From: Octopus vulgaris
Lineage: Eukaryota
DNA length: 64,000 nt
Direction: 5' to 3'
Assembly (NCBI GenBank): GCA_951406725.2
Contig: OX597835.1
Coordinates: forward strand, 744,001-808,000
How positions within the stretch are numbered: the first letter of the stretch is position 1; every line of letters starts with the position of its first letter. This document shows, piece after piece, positions 13,026 to 26,700 of the stretch. Below the pieces are notes generated by a model that saw nothing but the letters and a program-made list of their open reading frames with translations, was not told the origin of the DNA and ran no database searches. Both the position numbers and the translations under genes were made by a program.

Positions 13026-16000
13026 ATTAGGATTAAGAAAATGTAACTTAAGTTTAGTACAGATGAATGTCGATTGTACTAATACAACAACAATAACAAC
13101 AACAACAACAATATGCTTCATTCTTGGATAAAAAAGAACCTAAGTATGCGTGAAATGACAGATAATATTGTCAAATTACTCTCACAGAGACTGAAAGACT
13201 GGAATGCAGAACAGGAAAGAATGGAAAACTTGGAGAAGTTAAAATCAGAGAAATCTTTGAAGGTGTCAGCCTTTCACTGATATTGCTTATAATTGGCAGA
13301 TCCACCTGAGCCATATTAAGCTCAATGAAAAAGCTCAAAACTATTTGGATAAAGGGAAAGAAAAGAAGATAAATGTAGGTGCAGGCATGGCTGTGTGGTA
13401 AGAAGCTTGCTTCCCAACTACATAGCTGTGGGTTCAATTCCACTGCTTGGCACCTTGGGCAAGTGCCTTCTGCTATAGCCTTGAGCCAACCAAAGCCTTG
13501 TGAGTGGATTTGGTAGACGGAAACTGAAAGAAGCCCATCGTATATATGTGTGTGTGTAACTGGGTCTCACCTGCAAGGTCATGCAATGTTTATCTTGATA
13601 TGAGATCACCATGTCACACATATATGGTTGTGATGCATGTGCCTGGTGTGCCTTTACCAGACAAGTAGTCATGATGGGTGTACTGGAATTTGTATATTTA
13701 ACCCAAGTGTCACTTTCATGGCATGCACTGCTCTCTCATTCAATAATAATAATGGATTCAAATATTGCCGCAAGGGCAGCAATCCTGGGAGAGGGGGAAA
13801 GTTGATTTCATCGAACCCAGTACTTGACTGGTACTTAATTTATTGACCCCCAAAAGGATGAAAGGCAAAGTCAACCTTGGCAGAACAACAACAACAACAG
13901 CAGCAGCAGCAGCATCAACAACAGCAACAACAACAATAAACCTCCATATTTATCTGACATCCTAAACAGAACTGGATGTGGATACAACTGTTATGGCAAA
14001 GCAATCAACCATCTCTTGTATGCTGAGACACTTAGGTGCAAGCTCATAAATTTGGGCTGGTGAAAGGAGAGGTACAGATGACTATATTGATTCCAGTACT
14101 GTGGGTAATTTATCAATAAAGGGAGGATGGAAATTGACTTTGATGGAATTTGAACTTAGAAATTAAATGGAATTTAGCTAAACATCACAAAGCATTTTGT
14201 CCAACACTCCATTGATACTGCTAATCCACAAAATATGGGAAACTTGAAAATTATTTCCAAATGTTTTTGGACTTACCATTGTCAGCAACAATCATCAAAG
14301 ATATAACCTTGTCTTTTATTGGTTTGACTTGGAAATTGCTGTTTATAATCACATTACCATTATTCTGAATCTCAAAACGATTGTCACCATATATTTCATA
14401 TGTAAGTGTTCTCGATTTATCAGGATTAGATGCTGGAACCTGAGACAAAAAAAAATATAATATTACTTTAAAATTACTCATAAAATATGATTATGTGGTT
14501 AAGAAGTTCACTACACAATCATATGATTCTGGGTTTGATCTTACCATGCAGCATCTTGGCCCAGCAACCAAAGATCCTTTCTCCTCACCACTTCATTCCA
14601 CATCTTCCAGTGTCTACCCCTTCCACAGGTAACCTCCTCAATTACAGCATGGCTTTGGTTGGCCTGAGGCTATAGTAGAAGACACTTCCCCAGGGTGTCA
14701 CATAATGCATTGAGAAGCAAGCTTCTTACCACAAAACCATGCCTCTGCCTCATATACATATGTTTCATAGTTGAGTCCACTGCATCTTAGAGTAGAAACA
14801 GTTGTAAGCTAACAAACTTCATCAGATAATCATTTATTCTTCTGTCATATTACAACAAACAAAAATACAAATGGCTTTTCTCAGATGAATAACCTGGTGG
14901 CTCGAAGATACAAATATAGAATGAATAAAAACAATAAACTAATGCTATTAAAGTGCACACACAAATCTCATAGGAATATTTAGTAACAGTCTATATCTGT
15001 GAGTAGCAAACTTCTTACACATGGAATAATGAAGGAGGCAATTGAAGACCAAACATCTTAAAGCATGAAAAATAGACCATGAATAATTTGCCGTTTTTAG
15101 TTTTTCCAAAACTTTCATTTAGTTTTGTTGTATCTGGGGACAGTCATTCTGCTTTGATGCCTTACTCACACTCACCGCTTTGATCACCACTTATTTATGG
15201 ATTTATATATTTTATCTTCTGAAATTTTTGTTGCTTCTTGAAACATCTTCAATAGTTGTTGACTTTGTTATCAGAGCTGCGTTTCTTTTTGTTTGTTTGG
15301 GTGCATGTGTAAACATATATGTATGTATGCACGTATGTATGTATGTATGTATGTATGTATGTATATGTATGTGTGTGTGTGTATATGTATGTGTGTGTGC
15401 ATGTATGTATTCTGTATATTCATGTGTTTGTGTCTGTATGTATGTTATATCCCTTAAACTGGACATTTTTTTTATCAGTGGGGATTGCGCTATGAGCAAC
15501 ATTTTGGAAAAGGGCCCATAGGTACCTCAGGGGGACACCTAGAGACTGAGGACCACTTCCATTGTCTTCCTCAGAAAACTTTACACAAGAATTAACTTTA
15601 AGTTTGTATGTGGCAGATGCTCAGGAGCAATAAACACTGAAAATGCTCTGAGACCAACTTCTGCCACATTCCAGGGAGAAAAACTAGAAATAGTTGATAG
15701 CTTCCGTTACCTAGGTGACCAAGTCAGTAGCGGGGGCGGGTGTGCTGAAAGTGTAACTGCTAGAGTAAGAATAGCCTGGGCAAAGTTTAGAGAGCTCTTA
15801 CCTCTGCTGGTGACTAAAGGCCTCTCGCTCAGAGTAAAAGGCAAACTGTATGACGTGTGTGTACAAACAGCCATGCTACATGGCAGTGAAACATGGGCCG
15901 TGACTGCTGAGGATATGCGTAAGCTCGCAAGGGATGAAGCCAATATGCTCCGATGGATGTGTAATGTCAGTGTTCATACTCGACAGAGTGTAAGTACCTT

Positions 16001-16831
16001 GAGAGAAAAGCTGGACCTAAGAAGCATCAGTTGTGGTGTGCAAGAGAGACGTTTGCGCTGGTATGGTCATGTGGCGAGAATGGAAGAAGATAGTTGTGTG
16101 AAAAAGTGCCACACCCTAGCGGTTGAGGGAACCTGTGGAAGAGGTAGACCCAGGAAAACCTGGGACGAGGTGGTGAAGCACGACCTTCGAACTTTAGGTC
16201 TCACTGAGGAAATGACCAGAGACCGAGACCTATGGAAGTATGCTGTGCTTGAGAAGACCCGGTAGGACAAGTGAGACCATAACCTGTGGCCTCTACATGG
16301 GATGTAGCCAGTCCACTTATGCAAACCTTTCCTTCTTGGGACACAAAACTCTATTTGTGAAGACCTGTTGAGGCAAGTGAGAATCGAAATCAATCAACAT
16401 CAATGGAAATTGCAGCTGTGATACCAGTGCGGGTGGCACGTAAGAGAACCATCCGAACGTGGCCATTGCCAATGCCGCCCTGACTGGCCTCGTGCCAGTG
16501 GCACATAAAAAGCACCATCAGTTCGTGGTGTTGCCAGCCTCGCCTGGCCCCCGTGCCGGTGGTACGTAAAAAGCACCATCCGATTGTGGCTGTTTGCCAG
16601 CCTCGTCTGGCACCTGTGCCAGTGGCACATAAAAAGCACCCACTACACTCACGGAGTGGTTGGCGTTAGGAAGGGCATCCAGCCATAGAAACATTGCCAG
16701 ATCAGACTGGGCCTGGTGCAGCCTTCTGGCTTCCCAGACCCCAGTTGAACCGTCCAACCCATGTTAGCATGGAAAGTGGACACTAAATGATGATGATGAT
16801 GATATATACATGCACTAGCACTATGACCCGG

Positions 16832-16887
<56 letters not shown>

Positions 16888-17720
16888 TAGTATATATATA
16901 TATATATATCATGATCATAAGAACAAACCAGGTTACATAATTCAAAGCATAATTCAAAGTTTCATGCATGCATGATTGATTGATTGATACAAACACACAT
17001 ACATACATACATACATACATACACACATACATACATACATACATACATACATACATACATACATAGACAGACTGACAGACAGGTTGGTTCATTCATAATA
17101 CAAATATACATAAATATCACTGGCATCGTCTGCTTTTCCCATGATTTGGATGAGACTCTTTGAAACAATATTCAATGACCATTCATGATGCCAACCCTTA
17201 TTTGATTTCCAAGTAAGGTACTTGATTAATGGTCTTTGCACATAAAGCCACAAAACATGTTGTTTATTCCTTTAGCATTTAAACCGACCATATTAGGCCA
17301 AAGTATTCCACATGTTTTATGTTCAAACTGGCCAGATCTGACCTCTCACACCAACCTCACAATATCTTTCTAATAATTAACAGTTATCTCATCAAAATCT
17401 GAAAGCTACAGGATAAAGCAGATAGGAGAATGAATGAAGCTTACATTTGGCAGAATAATGTGAATGCTGAAGCGTTATACAGTGATGCTGGTTAATGGAG
17501 TTGATAAACACATGTCACCAGAGTCAAGTGCAAAAACGTGTGGGGACAAACATACACATACAAATATGTACATTACATACCAACCTACCAACCTACCAAC
17601 CTATCTATCCATGTGTGCTCATATACATTCATATATTAGTGGCTGGCTTGAACCCTCTTAGAAGAACTTAAATAAAAACCAAAAAAAATAATCATATATA
17701 CAAGTTTCTATATTGTTGCC

Positions 17721-17762
<42 letters not shown>

Positions 17763-20700
17763 TGTAATTATTTACCGAAGTCACAAATTGATTTGGTGTG
17801 ATGTTCTTTCCTGGAAGCTTTACACTGTACAGTGTCTTTGAAAAAAAGGGTTCTGTACCATTGTTTACTGCTACAGTAATCTGTTTGGTATCAGAGAGAT
17901 GTTTGTCACTAACTGTCACATTAAAGGTAAACGGTTTGAGTAAGCTTTTTCTTGCTTCATAATCAAACTCCATCTTACTGTATAGATTACCAGTTGTAGA
18001 ATTCAGGAAGAAATCTGCAAAACATAAATTAGTTGTTACTGTTAGTTTGAATTCAGGAGTGTTGGATTAGAAGAACCAAAAGAGAGGGAGATGAAATGCT
18101 TTGCAGTATTTAGTTATGTCCCTTTATGCTCTAATTTCGAATCCTGTTCAGGTAAACTTAGCTTGTTATCCTCTCAAGACAGGTAAAATAAAGTACTAAT
18201 CAAACATTGGGATTGATGTTGTAGTGAGGCCATTTGGGAAGTCTTCAGCACGCATGCACAGAGTTGGATTTCTTCCGGTAGGCCGGAGGAAGTTCCCTCA
18301 TGCACATGCGCAGAGAACTACCAACAGCAAGATTTCCCGCTGGATCTCTTTTTTCGAAGCTGCAGCCAAATTGAATGGACGCATGTCCTCACGGTTCTCC
18401 CAAGCAAGCCAAACACGTGGAGAAGCCCTTCTACGATGGAACGAGACAGAATTTGTCTCACACAAGTTAACTAATGTGACTAGTTCCATGGCCCATGGCT
18501 ACCGGGTCGCCCTGAAGGAAATATATGTATATATATACATTATAGCGTATCCAGAGAAATAAATATTATTTATTGCTGTTGAAGATACTCGATATGTGAT
18601 AATGTTGTGCATGTAGCAATAGTATATATTAATATTGAGATTGTATTGATAAAATGTTAAATATATGGACTAGTTTTGAGAATGACCATATGATGTTTGC
18701 AAAACAAAATGTTCAATCTGAATTGTTTAGAGGAAATAAACATAGAAGTAAATACATGTGTGTTTGTGAATTGGTTTGCAAATTATTTAAAAATTGGTTG
18801 TTAATATCGAAATAAATGTCTGAAGTGATTTCAGGGAGGGAAGACAAATTTAAGACATTTTTGCAAAGGAAATTATATAAATGCAACAAAAAACAGTTAG
18901 GCACAAGCAAAATGCTGAAAAATAATTGGCTTGGCTTGTCTTGATATTCTAGCTTGATGGGGCTGGGATCATTGCAGGTCAGTGGTCCCAAAACTTCATC
19001 ATGCAAAGTGCTGACCAGGTCCACCAGTGATGGAGAGCCCTGGCAGTCTTGAGCCAGTCCCTCAGTATCCTCCAAGTTGATGTTGAGCCTCTGGAGAACT
19101 TCTCCAATCTTGTCCAACCATCCGATGCACGACCTGCCACACACACGTATTATTGTTCCGCATCAGTGAAATCAACTTATGCTGAAAAATAATGCAAATG
19201 TGAAATGTTTGCAGATAAGGTTTTTAAAATCCCATAAAATTTCCCTACAAAACTTGGATGTGAAACGTTTGCAGAAAAGGAAGAACATGCATGAAATGGA
19301 TAAAGAAAAATTAACAACAAAAGTGAGTTTGTTTTGCCTTACTTGTATCGTTTAATTGGTAAATTAAGGCATCGTTGTCTGGATCGGTTGCAAATATGTG
19401 TCCAATTATCGAACGAGCAGGCAAATTTTTAGAGATAGTAAACTCAAGTGGCTCGTGAATGGTTGGTGCGTCATTAACATTGTTTATGGTAATCACAGCT
19501 GTTGCAGTTCTGTAAGTTGAAAAACAAAATGCTTTGGTTATAGTTTCAGCATATAACAGAGATGAGAGTAAGAAAAACAGTTCATAAATATAAATAGTTA
19601 CAAGTAAGGTTGTATGCAATATTATATGAGGTTAATTAATAAATTTAGTGTGGCAGGCATGGCTGTGTGGAAAGAAGTTTGCTTCCCAACCACGTGGTTC
19701 CAGGTTCAGTCTCACTGCATGGCACATTGGGCAAGTGTCTTCTACTATAGCCTTGGACCAATCAAAGACTTGTGAGTGGATTTGGTAGACAGAAACTGTT
19801 CGTAGCAGCAAGTTGTTCTTATCTTCTGGTATCTATTTACAATTAGATGATTGAACCATTAATTGTTAAAGTGCTTTGAGTAGTTAAGTTTCTGGGACCC
19901 AATGCAGTGTTGTCGACAGATCGTGAGCCACTGACCACTCAGAGGCATCTATTCATTCTGCCATCCAACTTTTCTAATGGTTCTAATACATTAGTAGCAG
20001 AGAAGAATACAATAAACAGCTTTCCCACAATTACAATTTTTCTTAGACAATCTCATCTATAAAGATGAAAAATGCTTTAATATTGACATCTACCATTCAG
20101 TTTGATCTCTGATCCTCATCATCAGGTGTCTAATTCTTTAAAATATGTACTGAACAGTGGACAGAAAAGTGCTTCATACATATCATGGCCTTGTGGATAA
20201 AAGTATTACTTCTCTTAGTTTAAGAATAAAGGTTCCAATTTTGAATTTATTCAACTGTTATCCACTCAAAATGAACTCAAATCTAGACAGCAAATCTTGA
20301 GGACAACGGACTGTCAGCATCATTAAAGTGGACAAAATGTTTAATGATATTTGGTTACAGCCCTCTGTGTTCTAAGCTCAAATCCTGCCAAGAGCGAATT
20401 TGTGTTTCATCCTTTTGCAGTGTTCTTAGTCATCTAATACAATTTAATTAACTTCTAGGTTCGTTTACAGGAATATAATTTGAAACATATTGTAGACATA
20501 AATATTAATGTATTTTTCATTCTTAGAGATGAAGTTAATTAGCCTCAGATATTCAACATTTGAAACAAGCAGCTTTACCTCTTTTCATTCTTATTTCTGG
20601 CTTCAATTGGGAAGACATATGAAGTCTTACTATTGTGATGTAATGCAGAATGTAGTGTCAGATGTCCAGTTGAGTTTATCCTGAAAGGTAACTGCAAAAA

Positions 20701-23700
20701 AAAGAAAAGAAAGAAAAAAAAGAAAAGAAAAGATGAAATAGACTTAAGCAAATATATCGTTATATATTTAACCACTTTTGTAAGTTTAATATCTCAATAA
20801 TTCTAATAAAAATTTTTAAGATAGGCACAAAGCCAAAAATGTTTGATGGAAGAGCTCTGAAGATTAAATTAAATCTAACCTCCTGTACTTGTATTTCATT
20901 TTATCAACTCAAAGAAGAAAGGTAAAGTTGATCTCAATAAGTTTTGAACTCAGAATGTAAAGAGGTGAAACTATATTTAATTAGTTGCTATGATAATATA
21001 TGGTTGTACAAGGTCTGGTCAAAAAGTATCAGAACTGTTGCCATGGTAACAAAGCTAAAGTATGCAGAGTGAAGATGCTTGGCACTGATTGACCTTGAAC
21101 TCTGTCATACATTCACAGTAAGTTTTAATGTTCTCACTCAGTGATTGGAAGTAAAGTGTGTAGAGTGTGGTCATCTCCCCACACCACAGAGGTGACCATC
21201 AGTGACCATGGCAGAGAAAATGCGTGTGTGTGTTCATGTGGGGGTGTGCATGAAAAGAGATATGGCTTGGAGGTTGTTACGGTCAAGAAGCTTTCCAAAA
21301 AGGAACGAGATTTCAAAATGTCGAGGAAATTCAAGAGAATGTGATGGGGCAGCTGTTTGCTATCCCCAAAATGAGTTCCAGGAATGCTTGCATCAACAGA
21401 AATGATGCTGGATAAAGTGTGTGGCTTTAGAAGGGGACTACTTCAAAGGAGGTAAAATGCTGTAGTTTTCTCTTTATAACATCAGTCCCAATACTTTTTG
21501 ATCAGATCTCATATCATCATCATCATCATTTAACGTCCGTTTTTCCATGCTAGCACAGGTTGGACGGTTCAACCGGGGTCTGGGAAGCCAGGAGGCTGCA
21601 CCAGGCTCCAGTCTGATCTGGCAGTGTCTCTACAGCTGGATGCCCTTCCTTACGCCAACCACTCCATGAGTGTATTGGGTGCTTTTTACGTTCCACTGGC
21701 ACAGGTGCCAGGGGAGGCTGGCAGCGACCACGATCGGTTGGTACTTTTTACATGCCACCGGCACAGAAGCCAGTCAAGGCGGCGCTGGCATCGGCCACAT
21801 TCGGATGGTGCTTTTTACGTGCCACTGGCACAGGGATCACAACTGCAATTTCCATTTGATATTTAGTTTGATGTTGATGTACTTGACTCAATAGGTCTCC
21901 TCAAGCACCAGTGCCTTCATTGACTGCATTACTTACTTCAGTGTAGCATCTATTTTGCTGTTACCTATTTATTAAACTGCTAAGTCATGGAATACTTAAT
22001 AAGCAAATTTGCTTTTCAAACTGATATAAACATGGATACGAACAAACACACACATGCCAATCCGATAGGCTTCTGCACAGCTTCCATCTTGATGGCAGTG
22101 CTTCACAATGGCTACATAGTAAAGAGTGATGCTGGCAACAGAGGTGATGTGATGATGTCATTGATAGTGAGGGTGGAGAAAGCAGTGATAGTAGTGATGG
22201 TGGCGATAGCAATAGTATTGCAGGTGGTGGTGGATATTGGAGTAAACGTGGTAGGGTGGGGTGGTAGGGTAGGGTAGTTATGATGGAGATGATGCTAGAA
22301 GTAATAATAATAGAATAGTAGTGATTATGACTGTATTGTCGGTGACAAGTTGGTGGGAGCAGCAGTTGTGGTGGTAGTTGTGGTGATGATGATGATGATT
22401 AAGGGACAGGGGTGTAACAAAGAAAGAAAGTCAAAGGCATTTTACCTTTGTATCATCAATAGAATATTGTGCACCTTTCGTAGCCTTCACTTCGAAAATT
22501 ACAGTATTTGGAGGTAAATCTTCATTAATATTTGCAACATAGGTATCTGGAAAAAAGAAGAAGAAAAAGATGAAGGATAAAATGGAACAAACATGTAAGG
22601 GGGGGGGTGAAAGTTTAGTGTGTGTAGTTTGTGGAGGGGAATGGGACAGGGAGGGAGGAAGAAGGGGGAGGGAACGGGGACGGGAAGGAAGAAGGAGGAG
22701 GGGAGGGGAGGAGGGGGAATGGAGAAGGAAAAGAAGGAATATGAGGATGGGGAAGGAGGGGAGGAAAAGAAGAAAGGGGAGGAGGAGGAGGAAGAAGAAG
22801 AAGAAGAAGAAAAAGAAGAAGGAGAAATTTAAAGACAATACAATAGAATGTGAATATTTTTTTTTGTGGATAAAGGGATGTGAAGAGGTGAATATTGAAG
22901 TGAACTACTGTTGGTGCATTGCTAGTATTGTTTAAACTACTGAAATAAGACGGGGTGGGGGTAGGGGGGAGCCAAAGCTGACAGGGTTTGATCTTGGAAC
23001 ATCATATTTGTTCCTATAGAGTAGAGCAGTAAATAATTACAACTCAACAATTTGTCGTCGTTAGAAGTATCCAATAATAGGTGATCAGAGGCAGCCTTAC
23101 ATGGTCACTCAACCTGCAAGAAATAGCAGCCAAATTTCTCTTGATTTGCACTCAACCACCTTTACAAAGATGTTGGATAATGTAGGAAAAAGATGAAGTG
23201 GCCATGGTTGGAATACCTTTGATCACCAAGGACTAAACAATAACAACATCAATATTATTAGCTTTAGAGTACTAGAAAATGAGTGTTGTTACGTTGATGC
23301 TTTCGTTGAGGGCAAGCAGTAAATGAAGCAGATGTGATCAGGAAGTGAACCCATGGCACTGACTTGATTCTCTGGAAGTTTGTCCGAGTAGAAAGAGAGG
23401 AGGTAGCTATGATTCCTTTCATGGCCTCTGAGAATGGCAAGAATAAGTGGAGAAGTTAGCCACAGACTTGAAACTTGACCGAAATACTTGCAACAACAGA
23501 GTGGACTCCACCAAAGACCCCTAGAATGTGGTGTTAAACTGGGTGCGACAGATCAAGTCTAATCCCATCTTAAGAATTGTAACGCAGTTTCTATCTTCCA
23601 CACAATTTCTATCTACCGAGTTTCACTTGGGTTAGCTTGAGACTAAGACAGAAGATGGTTGCTCAAAGTTCCACACTGGGATTGAACCAAAAACCACACG

Positions 23701-26700
23701 TCTGTGCAAGTGAAATTCTTAACTGCATAGCCATGCCTGCTCCTATACTATGGTGCTTGCCATTGATATATGTAGTACAAGAATACTTTAATACTATGAG
23801 GTGGTATCAAAATGTTCCCGGACTATTTCTGTAGCATGCCAACAGATGGCAGCACATACTTGTGTGTACAGTGAGAATTTTGAAAACAATTCCCTGTTGT
23901 TTTAGAAGGCTTTTGAATTTCCATAAGGATTTGATACTCTTTCTTCCTGTTCCGTTCCCCAATGATAATAATTCTTGACAAACACAGTCATTGTACTCAC
24001 CATTCTCAAACTGCAATGGGATGTCATCTTCATCCCCGGTAACAACAGCCAAGTTTACAAAATTCTGATTAGACCCAACGCCAACATTGTCTACAATATT
24101 TTCAGCCACCACCTTCAAGTTAAATACCAAAAACATAAAACCATCAGAACATCATGAACAACATTTAACAATTGGGTGGGAGGATCATAGTAAAATTCTA
24201 AGTTCAAGACACACTTTCTTTCAGCAAAATTAAGGGAGCATTTTTACGTATTTCATTCAGAAGAAAACAATAATGTGATGAAGCTTTTTTTTTATTTTTT
24301 ACATTATTATTATTCTTTATTAAAAATTTAATTTATATAAAATGAAATATTAAAACCTAATACATTGAATTACTGTAGATTATCATCTTTTGTTTGTATA
24401 TTTTTGAGCACTTTAATATTACAGTCCAGAACATGTGGCATGATGTCTATCATCCTAAGCAAACCTTCTTATATTAACTCACTGTTCGCTGGGGAACTTC
24501 TCGCCCAACCTCCTTCCTGCTCCTATCTTCCTTTTCACTGTAAAAAAAAGTCCCACATTTAGGACTTTGGTTCATTCAGCCATACGTTTACTTACAACAG
24601 CAGTAATTTTATTCAGCTGAATACACGTCATTGATTGGTTGAAATTACCGAAATACGAGAACTTTAAGGTGAAATTACTTTGTAAATATAAGTTTTTCTC
24701 AAAAATGCTAAGAGTAAAAGATGTTTTATATGACACATTCTACCAGTGTCTGAAGTTTGAAAATGTTTAGTTGCAAAAAATTATTTTTTCAATCTGTCTG
24801 TCAAAAGGTCAAGATCCAAACCATTTTCCATCCTTGTATTACTCCATGAATGCCATTCAAGGAGGATTCCAATTCACTGGAGGTTTGATCAAACAGAGAA
24901 ATGACTAAAGTGGCCCAAATAGAGCCCAGTTTAATTAGTCTAGTTAATCCAGTCTGATGTTGTTCAGTGTAGTTAGGCCAGTCTCATCAAGTTAAGCTTA
25001 TTTAATTCTGTCTGATCAAGTTTAGTTAATCTAGTCTGGTCCACTTTAGTTAACCTAGATCTGTTCAGTTAATTTAATCCGTTCCAGTTCCAGTCTGGTC
25101 AAGTTTAGTTAATTTAGTCCAATCTAGTTTAGTTAATCTGGTTTACTTCAGTTAATCCAGTTTGATCTCACCCACTTTTAATTCAGCCCAAACTAGTCTA
25201 GTTTAATTATACTAGTCCAGTCAACTCAATACCTATTTGAACTGAAGCAATGTACAATAAAGTCTTCTACCCCAGAGTTATAACAAAATGCTTAATAAAC
25301 TGCCAGATTTGAATCCATGTTCTGTGAGGTCATAACCTAAGAGTTTATCCACTTGATCATCTTGTTGTTAGATCTTTGTCTAAAACATTACTCATTGGAC
25401 AATCTGAATTCACACCATAGGCTAAGGGGAGCACACATTAACTTTATTATGTTTCCACTGCACAAAGTTGTGAAAGTGAACTAAGCATTAACCATTACAT
25501 GGCGATCATTTAAAACTTGAGTAAGCAAAAGCTAAGAAAGCTCTCATCAAGTATAAGATGCTCCCACTGCTAACAGAGATGAACAGGGATGTGCTATTCT
25601 ATGACATCTATGTACAGATATAACCACTCGAAATGTCTAAGATGCACCTATAGTTGATAATGATGAACGAGACTATACCATTCTGTATATATTTACAGAT
25701 CTGGTCACCACAAACCAAGGGTGCACTCATCATTTTTATGATGCTTCCACTACTGATAGTATCTATCATTCTACAACCATTCTATAATGATAGATACAGA
25801 TCCAGTCTCCACAAACAAAAGGAGCACTCATCCATTTTGCTTGCTCCCACTGCTAATTCAGGAAAACTGGGCTGCATCATTTTACAATTTGTTTCTATTT
25901 ACAATTCTTAGTTATCACAAGCTGAAACAGCATTCATTAAATTGAAAATGCTCCCACTGCACATGGTAATAAAAGAGAACTTTCCATGGAGCTTTATTTA
26001 ATGCAGTTTTAGGAATTGAGTCATTTCACTGTTTGATAGATGGATGTCTTAACCATAAACACAAAACATGTGAATGAAAGACTTGAAGAACTGAACCTTG
26101 ATCAGCTGTGGAAGATAACGACTAAATAAACATTTAAATTGTCTAAAGTAATGGCTAGTAAAATATTGATCATCACAGCAGCATGTGAAAACCCAAAATA
26201 AAGACTTACTTTAAAAGTGATATTTCTGTCTTGGCTAGGATTATCATAATCCAGTGGTTTATTCAAATACAAGACACCTGTGAGAGGATCAATGCGGATC
26301 TTGTCCATGTTGGGATTTTGGTCCTTGATAGAAAACCTGGTTAAACGGTTGATATCAGCGATATCTTTGTCTTTTACAGAGACCCTACAATACAATAGAG
26401 AAAAAAATGGCACTGATAAGAGATCAAATTAACCAATGTTCAGTATTTAATGTTTAATATCTTCTAGTGCATTATGGAAATTGTGGATTGTTATTGGTTT
26501 CAAGTCAGATTCTAAAGAACCAGAACTAAAATATATGTATTGTTATTACGCTGCTCACCATGTCTGAAACACCACCACCTTTGATATGCTGCTGCCACCA
26601 CCACCAGTGCCACTGTTAATAATTTTTTCTACAATAGGCACAAGGCCTGAAATTTTAGGGAAGGGGGGGGAACAGTTGATTACATCGACCCCAGTGTATC

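Noticed and set aside
22570-22935. Lys/Arg/Glu-rich ORFs
   Set aside because: Purine-rich low-complexity tract, which is the extended pyrimidine tract upstream of exon 12.
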